The notes below the pieces were generated by a model. It worked only from the letters and a program-made list of their open reading frames with translations. It was not told where the DNA came from and did no database searches. The position numbers were made by a program, and so were the translations under genes. From NCBI GenBank assembly GCA_964019335.1, contig OZ025743.1, positions 124,001 through 188,000 on the forward strand: a stretch of 64,000 bases of DNA, given 5' to 3'. Below are positions 21,405 to 30,643 of the stretch, piece after piece; the first letter of the stretch is position 1; the number at the start of each line of letters is the position of its first letter. The stretch comes from Diplonema japonicum (Eukaryota > Protista > Euglenozoa: Diplonemea).

Positions 21405-23972
21405 TCATCGCGGTTCTTCGTACTTCCTTTTCACGCCCCTCCTTTCGGGAGAAGTCTCCTTGCGCCTTGACAGAAGAAGTCCCCGAATGGACTCAACGTT
21501 GCCCCCCTCAGCCGCGTAGAACAGTGGGGTGAGTCCCTCCCCGTCCCTCACACATGGGTCTTGCTCGTAGGACTCCAGCAGCAGCTGCATCGCCTCAGTA
21601 CATTTTGCAGCAGCAATGTGCAAAGGAGTAAGCCCCCGATTGTCCTTCACACAAGGGTCTTGCTTGTACTCATCGACGAGGACCTTCACCATCTCCAAGC
21701 CTCCCCTTGCTGCATAGTGCAAGGGTGTCTCGCCATTGTTGTTCCTCATGCTAGAGTCCACTCTGCATTCATCTAGGAGGTACCTCATCACTTCTATGCA
21801 CCCCTCACTTGCTGCATCGTGGATGGCGGTGTTTCCAATGTCTGACACGGTGCAAGGGTCAACTTTGCACTCTTCGACAATGAACTTCACCACATCAACT
21901 TTGTTCTTCATTGCCGCCCTGTGCAGAGGTGTGATGCCCATCCCATCCTTCATCCCAGGGTCAACCTTGCAAATTTCAGTAAGATACCTTACCACCTGTA
22001 GCTCTCCACTCTGTGCTGCTACGTCCATGGGTGTGAAGCCGCCTGTGGTCCTTGAGCCAGGGTTTTGCTTGTGAACTTCAACAAGGTGCTTCACTGCCTC
22101 CAGCTGACCATCTCTCGCTGCAAACATAATCGGCGTGAATACCTTGTCCTCGACTGTCAGCTCCTGCTTGTAAACATTGATGAGACAGTCCATTGCCGCA
22201 ATCTTGCCTGCTTGTGCAGCGAGGTGGAGAGGTGTGGTGCCATTTTTGTTCCTTGCCCCAGGGTCCACCTTGTACTCGTCGATGAGGAGCCTCATGGCCT
22301 CCACGTGACCACCCAGTGCCGCCCTGTGAATGTGAGCATAGCCCTCATCATCCTCACCGCTCGGGTCTTGCTTGCAAACTTCGACAAAATACCTCATCAC
22401 ATCAACTTGGTTGTTCATTGCTGCCCTGCGCAGGGGTGTGGTGCCTCTCCCATCCTTCATCCCAGGGTCAACCTTGCAGACTTCAGTGAGATACTTGACC
22501 ACCTGCAGCTGTCCCTTCTCTGCTGCAACGTCCATTGGTGTGAAGCCGCCTGTGGTCCTTGAGCCAGGGTTTTGCTTGTGAACTTCAACAAGGTGCCTCA
22601 CTGCCTCCAGCTGACCATATTGTGCAGCACACATAATCGGCGTGAATACCTTGTCCTCGACTGTCAGCTCCTGCTTGTAAACATTGATGAGACAGTCCAT
22701 TGCCGCAAGCTTGCCTGCTTGTGCAGCGAAGTGTAGAGGTGTGGTGCCGTCCTTGTCCCTTGCCCCAGGGTCCACCTTGTACTCGTCGATGAGGAGCCTC
22801 ATGGCCTCCACGTGACCATTACTTGCTGCCATATGAAGGAAGGAGGTTCCGTTTCCATCCACAAGGCTGGGGTCAAGCTTGCACTCTTCGATGAAATACC
22901 TCATCACATCAACATTGTTCGCTACCGCCAAGAACAAGCCTCTTCTGTTCTTCATCCCACCAAGGTCAACCTTGCAGACTTCAGTAAGATACTTGACCAC
23001 ATGCAAGTGATTGCAACACACAGCAAGGTCTAGAGGTGCCATGCCACTATTGTTTAGCAAACTGGGATCCAACTTAAACTTACTCACGAGCCACTCCAGT
23101 GATTGAAGCCTTCCCGCTTCCGCTGCGTGGTGGACGAGAGTTGCACCGCAGGGTTCCACAAACGCAGGGTCTTGCTTGCACTCCTCAATGAGATACTTCA
23201 TAGCCTCGAACTGGCCTCTTGTGAGAAGGACCGCAACAAGGCCATCAGCAGTCGGGGTCGCAGGGTCTATCTTGCACACCTCAATGAGGTACCTCAAGGC
23301 CTCCACGTGACCTCTCACTGCCGCCCTGTGAATGTGAGCATAGCCCTCATCATCCTCACCGCTCGGGTCTTGCTTGCAAACTTCGACAAAATACCTCATC
23401 ACATCAACTTGGTTCTTCATTGCCGCCCTGCGCAGGGGTGTGGTGCCTGTCCCATCCTTCATCCCAGGGTCAACCTTGCAGACTTCAGTGAGATACTTGA
23501 CCACCTGCAGCTGTCCACTCTGTGCTGCTACGTCAATGGGTGTGAAGCCGCCTGTGGTCCTTGAGCCAGGGTTTTGCTTGTGAACTTCAACAAGGTGCCT
23601 CACTGCCTCCAGCTGACCATCTTGTGCAGCACACATAATCGGCGTGAATTCCCTGTCCTCGACCGTCAGCTCCTGCTTGTAAACATTGATGAGACAGTCC
23701 ATTGCCGCAAGCTTGCCTTTTTGTGCAGCGAGGTGGAGAGGTGTGATGCCCCTCTTGTCCCTTGCCCCAGGGTCCAGTTTGAACTCGTCGATGAGGAACC
23801 TCATGGCAGCGAGCTGACCGTGCCATGCTGCAGTGTGCAAAGCTGTCTCACCACTCGGACCAGTCACACTTCTGTGAACTCCGTACTTCTGAATGACTGC
23901 CTTCATGTGTTGGAGGTTGCCTGTCGCAGCAGCGGACGCCACCTCGCCAAACACTTTATAGTCTTCATCCAT
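21405..23972 (-). CDS. Ankyrin-repeat protein (~855 aa), paralog 1
   Basis: Continuous ankyrin repeats (G.TPLH.AA..G.L..M..LI) with a 169-aa higher-order unit and a basic C-terminal tail. The likely start is MDEDYKVF at 23972. Confidence 0.88.
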   Translation of the reverse strand: MDEDYKVFGEVASAAATGNLQHMKAVIQKYGVHRSVTGPSGETALHTAAWHGQLAAMRFLIDEFKLDPGARDKRGITPLHLAAQKGKLAAMDCLINVYKQELTVEDREFTPIMCAAQDGQLEAVRHLVEVHKQNPGSRTTGGFTPIDVAAQSGQLQVVKYLTEVCKVDPGMKDGTGTTPLRRAAMKNQVDVMRYFVEVCKQDPSGEDDEGYAHIHRAAVRGHVEALRYLIEVCKIDPATPTADGLVAVLLTRGQFEAMKYLIEECKQDPAFVEPCGATLVHHAAEAGRLQSLEWLVSKFKLDPSLLNNSGMAPLDLAVCCNHLHVVKYLTEVCKVDLGGMKNRRGLFLAVANNVDVMRYFIEECKLDPSLVDGNGTSFLHMAASNGHVEAMRLLIDEYKVDPGARDKDGTTPLHFAAQAGKLAAMDCLINVYKQELTVEDKVFTPIMCAAQYGQLEAVRHLVEVHKQNPGSRTTGGFTPMDVAAEKGQLQVVKYLTEVCKVDPGMKDGRGTTPLRRAAMNNQVDVMRYFVEVCKQDPSGEDDEGYAHIHRAALGGHVEAMRLLIDEYKVDPGARNKNGTTPLHLAAQAGKIAAMDCLINVYKQELTVEDKVFTPIMFAARDGQLEAVKHLVEVHKQNPGSRTTGGFTPMDVAAQSGELQVVRYLTEICKVDPGMKDGMGITPLHRAAMKNKVDVVKFIVEECKVDPCTVSDIGNTAIHDAASEGCIEVMRYLLDECRVDSSMRNNNGETPLHYAARGGLEMVKVLVDEYKQDPCVKDNRGLTPLHIAAAKCTEAMQLLLESYEQDPCVRDGEGLTPLFYAAEGGNVESIRGLLLSRRKETSPERRGVKRKYEEPR

Positions 23973-24379
23973 GTTGCCAATAAAGCACAGAATTGTTAAA
24001 AAAAAAGGGGGGGGGGCTTTTGGGTTGGGTTTGTAATGGATAATCAAGTCTGACAAAAAAAAAGAATATTTTAAAGGCCCCCCCGAATAATTCCATCCCA
24101 AAATAATAATGTGGTTTCCCCAAATACCGTAAAGCGAAAAAATCCCAGGAGAAAAATGCCGGAAGGGAAAAAAAGCCGGATATTTTTTTTCTCCAGCCGG
24201 CATTTTTCGGCTTGGGGGAAGGGGTGGGGGGGGACCCTGGAGTATTTCGCCAATCTTCCTTGGGACCTTTCTTGGGACAAAGCTCGCCTCCCATCTGAAC
24301 AACAGTGCCCACGTGCTGTCCCATGGAACCTTACAGCTTCCAGGACATAACTGATGAACCCATCCAAAAAGGTAGGTGC

Positions 24380-24787
24380 TGAAATGGTTTTAAGTTAGGA
24401 TGAAGAAGCGAAGAAATAGATAAAAAGGGGTGGGAAAGAATAAATACTGCATACGAAAACAGAGAGTCGAGTAAAAAAGGGAAAAGGTGACTGACATCCT
24501 CAAGAGGAGCCTCCCACGTACCAGGAATTAAGCAGAGGTTGCTTCCATGGCCCGTATCAGTCTATCGCCAGAAAGAATAATGAAAATAACATAACAAAGA
24601 GAAGGGGAGAAGAAACGGAAAAAGACGGCTTGGTCATCAGAGAATGTTGACCCAAATGCGTCGGCGGACGCAGTTTAACGTCATACCCGGGACGGAAACC
24701 ATGTTGGGAAAGCAGAAGGGAAGTTAAAAGTCAAGAAGTGGAAAAGGAAAAGGTGGAAACTAAAATCATAGGGTGCGAGGTCTGTGA
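24380..24787 (-). repeat. 3' pseudo-LTR of the PLE
   Basis: Near-identical 408-bp direct repeat of 32233-32640. Confidence 0.92.
24489..24562 (-). ncRNA. Structured RNA motif B in the pLTR (other copies at 32342-32415, 21020-21093, 33768-33841 and 7261-7337)
   Basis: GACUGAU-ACGGGCCAUGGA-AGCA-ACCUC-UGCU-UAA-UUCCUGGUACGU-GGGAGGC-UCCU-CUUG-AGGA-U-GUCAGUC. G-U pairs and a UUCG loop in the homolog indicate the minus (sense) strand. Confidence 0.7.
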
Positions 24788-24805
24788 GACCCTGCATAGC
24801 CTATC

Positions 24806-24850
24806 GCCCTCGTAGCACGCCGGGCCGGCACTCCTACATTGCGTAGGGTC
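24806..24850 (-). ncRNA. Structured RNA motif A immediately 3' of the PLE stop codon
   Basis: GACCCUAC-GCAAU-GUAGGAGUGCCGGCCCGGCGUGCUACGAGGGC, conserved with 7394-7437 while the flanks are not. Confidence 0.65.
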
Positions 24851-24864
24851 GTCTCCAGTAGTTC

Positions 24865-26097
24865 CTAGTTGTAGGAGTTCAGCACAGTCGACCACTGTGA
24901 CTCGCTGTAGTAGAGGGTCCCTGCCCCCACGAAGTCAGCGAGTAGGGCTGCCACAGTCGGATACGACTTGTCCTTGAACCCTTGGGTCTGCAACCGAAAG
25001 CCCTGTTCCTGGCGGGAAGCGTAGAGCCACGTCGAGTCATAACAGACCAGCAGACACGGGATCGCGACGCGTGTGTCGAGGGGGACCGTGACCATGGGGG
25101 TCTCACCCAGGAAGTGTGTGCAAGCCCTGGACATGCAGCTGAGGTCAAAGACGGCCTCGCCCTGGGAAAGGAAGCCCAGGTGTCGAAGCTCATCCAGGTC
25201 CTCAGGGCCGTCGACGTCTGCTTCCCTGGTGAGCCTCTTAAGGGCGACAAGTCCAGTGACTCTGGTGTTCGGCCTCGTCGCGGCGAGATCCCGTTTGGCC
25301 GCGGGAAGGGCGGGGCCGTCTTCGGGTTCCGGGCGTTTGTTCCTCTGCCCGTTGTAGGTGAGCAGGAGAGGGGTCCTCCCTGGAGTCCTAGTCTCGTCAC
25401 CTCTTGGGGCCTCGGAACCGAAGAGTGGGTGTTTCCAGCCGCCTTGGGCGAAGAACTCCGACCACCACTGTTGCTGTACCGCGGTGTTCAGCCCCGAGTG
25501 CCATTCGTGAGACAACCGAAGACGTTCGGTGGTAGGCAACGCCTTGTGCGCAATCAGAAGAAGCTGTTCCTGGTTGGCGACGGTTGCCTGTTGGTCGGCA
25601 GTTCTATCCGTGTCACGGGCCTCGAGCAGCAGTTGATGTGGAGAGGTGTCCAGGTGCATCGGGAGGGGACCGACCGACAGGAGCTGACGCTGGTGTTCGT
25701 CCAAGAGCTCCGGGTGTCGCCGGAAGTAGACCAAGAGACTGAGGTATCGATCCATCCGTCTCTGGAGGGCCCTTCGGTTGAGGGCTTCCTGATCAAAACC
25801 CTGTGACTGCTCGCGCAGGATGAGAAGATCCCCATCGCCTGTGGAGGAACTCTTACCACGACGGCTTTCGTGCTCGTAAGCAGTACCGTCGTGCTTCTTC
25901 TTGCGCGAGGGTCTGTCCGGGGAGTCCTGCGTGAGGTCGATCATTTCTAAACCACCATCCGCCTGGTGAGGGTCTAGGGGAGCGTCTGCCTCGGCTCGGG
26001 CCACGGGCGGCTCCAGGGTCAGCGTCGTGTCTCTCTGGGCGTTGACCACCGGTTGAAGCGTCGCGTGTCCCATGGCGGGAGCCATCGGCGTATCCAT
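24865..26097 (-). CDS. PLE polyprotein C-terminal segment (frameshifted) ending in a degenerate Josephin-like repeat
   Basis: It continues the upstream repeat (MGHATLQPVV) in a shifted frame. MSRACTHFLG...PCLLVC..STWLYA resembles LSRACLMVVG...PCLIVG...GHWFIA upstream. Confidence 0.7.
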   Translation of the reverse strand: MDTPMAPAMGHATLQPVVNAQRDTTLTLEPPVARAEADAPLDPHQADGGLEMIDLTQDSPDRPSRKKKHDGTAYEHESRRGKSSSTGDGDLLILREQSQGFDQEALNRRALQRRMDRYLSLLVYFRRHPELLDEHQRQLLSVGPLPMHLDTSPHQLLLEARDTDRTADQQATVANQEQLLLIAHKALPTTERLRLSHEWHSGLNTAVQQQWWSEFFAQGGWKHPLFGSEAPRGDETRTPGRTPLLLTYNGQRNKRPEPEDGPALPAAKRDLAATRPNTRVTGLVALKRLTREADVDGPEDLDELRHLGFLSQGEAVFDLSCMSRACTHFLGETPMVTVPLDTRVAIPCLLVCYDSTWLYASRQEQGFRLQTQGFKDKSYPTVAALLADFVGAGTLYYSESQWSTVLNSYN

Positions 26098-26113
26098 CCC
26101 GAGTCCGATGTTC

Positions 26114-29100
26114 TCATGGACGGACTGGATGCAAGGAGTGAGCTGTACCTGGCGGGCGCCGAGGGGCGTCTGCCAGAACGGGCGTTGTCACGGCTCGGGC
26201 GAGCGATGACTCCACAGCCGACGTTGTCACAATCTGGGAGCCGACCACTGGTTGGAGTGTCGCGTGTCCCATGGTAGACGACGGCATCGGTGTGTCACTC
26301 CCGTGTCCGGTGTCCCGACGGGTGGACTGAGTGCAGGCCGCGAGCTGGGTGGATGACACGTCCGTTGGCGGTGGAAGGCATGGTGTCAACCGAGGCTCAG
26401 TAACCAGCCGCTTCGACAGGGTCGCGCGGGGCGTCGGAATTTCGACAGACTTCGTAAGTCTGAGTCCGGCGTCCATCGGGGGCAGTCTACTGCTGGGAGG
26501 ATCCGTCTGGAGCGTCGATGATATCGAGAACAGTACAGGTGCTGTGACACGGTCCGTCTGACAGGTTGCGACTGCTGTCTGTGGTGTAGACTTGTGCAGA
26601 CTCGAGACCTTCAGGAAGAGCGGGACAGTTCCGACCACGTTAGTCTGGCTTGCCGTAGACGTGGTGGTGACAGAGCATCCGGTGTGCACGGCTCGCGCGG
26701 CCACGGCGGCAGCTAGGGCTATGATGGCGGTGGCGACGGGCCGCCCGAAGTGAGCGGTGTGCGCATCCACACCTGATGCGGCGACTCCTGTGTCGAGCCG
26801 TCGGGTGCGTGCGGCATATGTAGCTATAGCTGCAGCTAGGGTGACATAAGTTAGGAGGGTGCGATCTTCCGGGGTGTTGAGAGCGGTCTCAGTCTTTCGC
26901 GCGCTCGAGTCGCTTACCTGGGGTGCCGCCGGGGTGATGACCGGCTCAAACTGGCGAAACTCAGCCTCAGGGTCTAGAACACGTGTGTTGTGTTTCCTGC
27001 CTGGGGTTGTCCTGGCCCACACATCGTCTGGGATGCAGAGGATGTTGTGTTCGGAGTATGTCGCGCAGATGTGTTTGAAGCTCTGGAGCCTTAGCCGTAC
27101 GTCGGTGTCTTTGACCATGTACCTTCCCTTCTTCCTGAGAGCGATGAACCAGTGGCCGCTGAGACTTCGTTTCAAGGGACCAACGATCAAGCAGGGGCTT
27201 TCTTTCATGCCCGCACGGAAGACCTCCAAGTTTGCACCAACGACCATGAGGCAAGCACGTGACAAGGTCGAGCGGGAAAAGTTGCCAAGAGGATCGGGCG
27301 CTTCATCAGTGCTGGAAGGGGAGATGAGTCGTGAGAAGCCGTGGTACATCTCCTGGATCTCCTGCATTGTAGAGAAGGGGATGCGGTCCACACCAGCATA
27401 GTCCCAGCCGCATTCCAGGCCCAGGCGACCTTCCCCGCTGTTGGTGTGCAGGTTGATGGGGGGCGAAAAAACCTGGTCCGTGACACCAGATGGTGAGACC
27501 ACGGAGGCTGCTCGGGGTTGTGACGGTTCGACAAGACCTGAAGAGCTGTCCGAGGAACTGTCCGAGGGCTCGTCTGAGGGGCCCCCCGAGAAGGCGACTG
27601 AGGAGACGACTGAGGAGTCAGCTGAGGAGTCGTCCGAGGAGTCGTCCGTGGGAAGCGCACGGGGTTTCTTGGGGCCTATGTACGTTTTTTCCGGCAACCA
27701 AGAATCTACCGGGGCTTTGGCGTCGTATCGGTGGAGGACTTGCGTGAAGAAGGCCAGCAGGTTGCTTTTCTCCATGGCGAAGCGTCGATCCACGCGTTCG
27801 ATAAGGAAGGCGTTGTACGCTTTCCGCAGGCCGCCCTTGTCGTGACCGCGATCTAGGAGCAGGTAGATCACTGAAGCGATCTCCCGTTTGAGGTCCGCGA
27901 TGTTGTTGGTCAGGGCGCAGGCACGGATGACCATGCCCTTGAAGATGCCTGGTCCCTGGGTGGTGGGCGCCGCGGTGTGCCCGTGGGTGAACCGCGTAGG
28001 CCGGAAGCGCCAGTTCTGCGCCTTATCGTTAATGCTAAGTCTAATATAGTTGTGCTTAGCTTGTTCGTGGCGCTCTATCCGGATGCGAATCCCGATAAAG
28101 GGGACGTCGCATGGGTCTGAAGAGGTCTTTACATAAGCCATGCCATAAAGCTCCTCCGGGGGTGGCGCAGTGCTCCACAACAGGAAGTCGTCGATGTAGC
28201 GACACGCGTTGCAGTAGCGTTTCAAGGTCTCCCAGTCCTCTTCGGCGAGGAGCTTGTCGATGTATGCGGCCTCCACGGCGTAGCAGAACAGGTTCGCCAG
28301 GTCGGGGGAGGCGTTCCCACCCATGGGGATACCCTTTACTTGACGAACGGCGCGGCCACCCTGCACAACATAGGTGTTGTCAACGACGAGGTCCAGGAGC
28401 TTATGGACTTGGATCCGTTCCGGGGTGTAGACATCGTCCTCGTCGGCATCTGTGAAGGAGCTCCCGTCCTTGCCACGGGTGAGGTTCTTGCCGGTGAAGT
28501 CGAACGCTTCTTGGACTGCTTTACGAACCCCCTCTTTCAGACGCTCTTGGTCGAGGTTGGTGTACATGTCCCGGAAGTCGTACGTGGCAGGGGACAGGCT
28601 TTTGTAAGCCGTGTACTGCTGCTTGATATCCGCAGCTACGTTCTCGGCCGAGTCGACGATCCAGTACCGCTTTAGTCGGATACCGTCGGGACCGTGGGTC
28701 TTGGACCTGCCCTCCAGATCCTTGTCCAGCAGCGCGCGTTGGACAGCCTTCAGGAGGGAAGACAGTTCTAGATGGAGGGCCGTGGTGGCAGCTGTGGGTT
28801 TCTTAGCTTTATTGCCCGTTGTATCGCCGCCTGCTGCGACCAAGTTCTCCATAATTTCCTGCGTGCTGACCGCTGCTGGTTGGTCCACAGGGGGTGCATC
28901 AGTGGAGGAGACACCAGAGATCCACCTGACGCCCACTTTGTCTTTGTGTAGCTTCAGGGTACCGTACAGGTATGGCATGCGACGTGTGGAATCGAGGTTG
29001 AAGGTCTTGGCTTGATCAGCTATTTCGGAGAAGATCGAGTCCAAGGGCTTCGAGACCGGCTCGAAAGCTTGGCTATCAAGCTGTTGGTGCAGGATCCTGA

Positions 29101-29299
29101 GGTAGTGATCCTTGCAACAGACGCCAATGTCGTGGGTGCTTTTGTCTATGGGGAGGAAAACGTAGACCTCCTGAAGTTTCCGGAGCTTTGTCTTGATGAA
29201 CTCCGGGACTGAGGGGTCGAAGACCGGAGACTGAGTGTGGGGGTGGAGAAGGTTCTGTGCCTTGGCGAGGAGGACCTTCCGGAAGGAATCCTTTTTCAC
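26114..29299 (-). CDS. PLE reverse transcriptase, thumb, Josephin-like protease and low-complexity linker
   Basis: RT motifs as above. At ~27030-27450: LECGWD...DPLGNFSRSTLSRAC...CLIV...GHWFIALRKKGRYMVKDT. Confidence 0.9.
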   Translation of the reverse strand: MKKDSFRKVLLAKAQNLLHPHTQSPVFDPSVPEFIKTKLRKLQEVYVFLPIDKSTHDIGVCCKDHYLRILHQQLDSQAFEPVSKPLDSIFSEIADQAKTFNLDSTRRMPYLYGTLKLHKDKVGVRWISGVSSTDAPPVDQPAAVSTQEIMENLVAAGGDTTGNKAKKPTAATTALHLELSSLLKAVQRALLDKDLEGRSKTHGPDGIRLKRYWIVDSAENVAADIKQQYTAYKSLSPATYDFRDMYTNLDQERLKEGVRKAVQEAFDFTGKNLTRGKDGSSFTDADEDDVYTPERIQVHKLLDLVVDNTYVVQGGRAVRQVKGIPMGGNASPDLANLFCYAVEAAYIDKLLAEEDWETLKRYCNACRYIDDFLLWSTAPPPEELYGMAYVKTSSDPCDVPFIGIRIRIERHEQAKHNYIRLSINDKAQNWRFRPTRFTHGHTAAPTTQGPGIFKGMVIRACALTNNIADLKREIASVIYLLLDRGHDKGGLRKAYNAFLIERVDRRFAMEKSNLLAFFTQVLHRYDAKAPVDSWLPEKTYIGPKKPRALPTDDSSDDSSADSSVVSSVAFSGGPSDEPSDSSSDSSSGLVEPSQPRAASVVSPSGVTDQVFSPPINLHTNSGEGRLGLECGWDYAGVDRIPFSTMQEIQEMYHGFSRLISPSSTDEAPDPLGNFSRSTLSRACLMVVGANLEVFRAGMKESPCLIVGPLKRSLSGHWFIALRKKGRYMVKDTDVRLRLQSFKHICATYSEHNILCIPDDVWARTTPGRKHNTRVLDPEAEFRQFEPVITPAAPQVSDSSARKTETALNTPEDRTLLTYVTLAAAIATYAARTRRLDTGVAASGVDAHTAHFGRPVATAIIALAAAVAARAVHTGCSVTTTSTASQTNVVGTVPLFLKVSSLHKSTPQTAVATCQTDRVTAPVLFSISSTLQTDPPSSRLPPMDAGLRLTKSVEIPTPRATLSKRLVTEPRLTPCLPPPTDVSSTQLAACTQSTRRDTGHGSDTPMPSSTMGHATLQPVVGSQIVTTSAVESSLARAVTTPVLADAPRRPPGTAHSLHPVRP

Positions 29300-30561
29300 T
29301 GCAGGGGATCTCCGAAAGTCTGAGTGATGAACCCGTTGATGTCCTCCTCGAGACTTTGGGAAGAGAGGAGGGCGTGTGTTGAGAGGCGGAACTTCATGCC
29401 TCTGTTCAGAACCTCCTTCACTTCGTCGTCATCGATGACCTCTGCTGCTAGTCCGCAGGCGTGTCCCTCATGTGTGTGTGAGGTCTTGCGCTTCGAGCAA
29501 GGGCAGTTTGTTGTAGGCTCGGCCGCTTCTGGACGCGGGGTCTCGATGCTGAGCTTCGTCACATTGCACACTGTGGCCTTGAGGGTTTGACCAAGCTTGT
29601 TGCACATGTGTACTCTGCGAAGGAGGGCTGGCTTGGGGCATGCCGCAATTACCTCCTTGTCCTCGAAGACCTTACGCCAGAGGATCATCTCCTTGGCCTT
29701 GTGGTCAAAACTCGTTTTGAACCACACGAAGCCTTCGTCTCGGCGGACCACCTTTTTCAAGAGGGCAGGGCTGAGGCGGTTGGTGAGGCCTCGTTCGATA
29801 GCCGCGATCTTGGCGGTGAAGAAGTTCCCGACGAAGTAACGTCTCAGGAAGTTCAGGTACCTGAAGACGGTCTTGGGGGCCCAGGTAGTGAAGTCGTAGT
29901 TCAGCACATCGGGGTGTGCACACATCGCGGTGATCTTCATACACAGGGACTTGTAGTTGGACCCAGTAGCCTGGATCGACAGCTCCCCGTCGTCGTTCAG
30001 CCGTATCGAGGGAGCAGTAGATCTGGTGGGGGTGTTGTTGGGGTTCGAAGGGGACGTAGTAGTGTTGCTGCTGGGGTCCTGTTTGGCATTCGAGCGCCCC
30101 TGGTGTTGGTGTCGCTGCTGTTGCTGCTCGCGTACCGTCTTAGGTTTACGTCTCGTGTTGCGGCGGCGACGGGTCTGCGTCTTAGCAAACCTACCACGCA
30201 TGTTAAGGGAGCAAGCCAGCCTATTGATGTACTGGTTCTCCCTGGGGATCGCAACACGACGGAAGGACTTGGCGTCGTCGAAGAACTTGGGGTTGATCGA
30301 TTCGACGGGGAAAGCGAATAACGGGCCCCCGTTTTCCCTGAGGGCCTTGTGAAAGCGGGTGTCGTTGCTTTCAGCGTTCTCTCTGTGCGATCTGGCGCTG
30401 CTCCAGTGGCCCTGCATACGACGACGTAAGGTGTTAAACGTCTGCCCTGCGTACACAGGTTCACCGTGTTTGTCGACAGCGAGGTAGATGATACCTGCTG
30501 CGTCCTGTTCGGGGGCCTTTCCTTGGCGCATGTTCTTTACGATGCGGCTGTACTTGGCCAT
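29296..30561 (-). CDS. PLE GIY-YIG endonuclease and linker, frameshifted from the RT at a C-run near 29303
   Basis: AGIIYLAVDKHGEPVYAGQTFNTLRRRMQGH...FPVE...RENQYI...LN. Confidence 0.88.
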   Translation of the reverse strand: MAKYSRIVKNMRQGKAPEQDAAGIIYLAVDKHGEPVYAGQTFNTLRRRMQGHWSSARSHRENAESNDTRFHKALRENGGPLFAFPVESINPKFFDDAKSFRRVAIPRENQYINRLACSLNMRGRFAKTQTRRRRNTRRKPKTVREQQQQRHQHQGRSNAKQDPSSNTTTSPSNPNNTPTRSTAPSIRLNDDGELSIQATGSNYKSLCMKITAMCAHPDVLNYDFTTWAPKTVFRYLNFLRRYFVGNFFTAKIAAIERGLTNRLSPALLKKVVRRDEGFVWFKTSFDHKAKEMILWRKVFEDKEVIAACPKPALLRRVHMCNKLGQTLKATVCNVTKLSIETPRPEAAEPTTNCPCSKRKTSHTHEGHACGLAAEVIDDDEVKEVLNRGMKFRLSTHALLSSQSLEEDINGFITQTFGDPLQ

Positions 30562-30643
30562 GAACTTGGCGGCTGCGTCCTGGCTGAGAGACTCCCAGAG
30601 GGCCCAGTCAATGCTGCCGTTGTTTCGTTTGCAGCTGACCGGG

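Noticed and set aside
24625-24700. Hammerhead ribozyme in the pLTR (CUGAUGA on the minus strand, with a UGCGUC/GACGCA hairpin after UAAAC)
   Set aside because: The GAAA core reads UAAA, the cleavage triplet is UUU, and stems I and II are very weak. At most it is a degenerate remnant, and it is not shared with the second family.
29296-29298. In-frame UGA read as selenocysteine, as in some Naiad PLEs
   Set aside because: The RT continues in a different frame, so this is a frameshift rather than readthrough, and no SECIS-like AUGA/GA helix was recognised.
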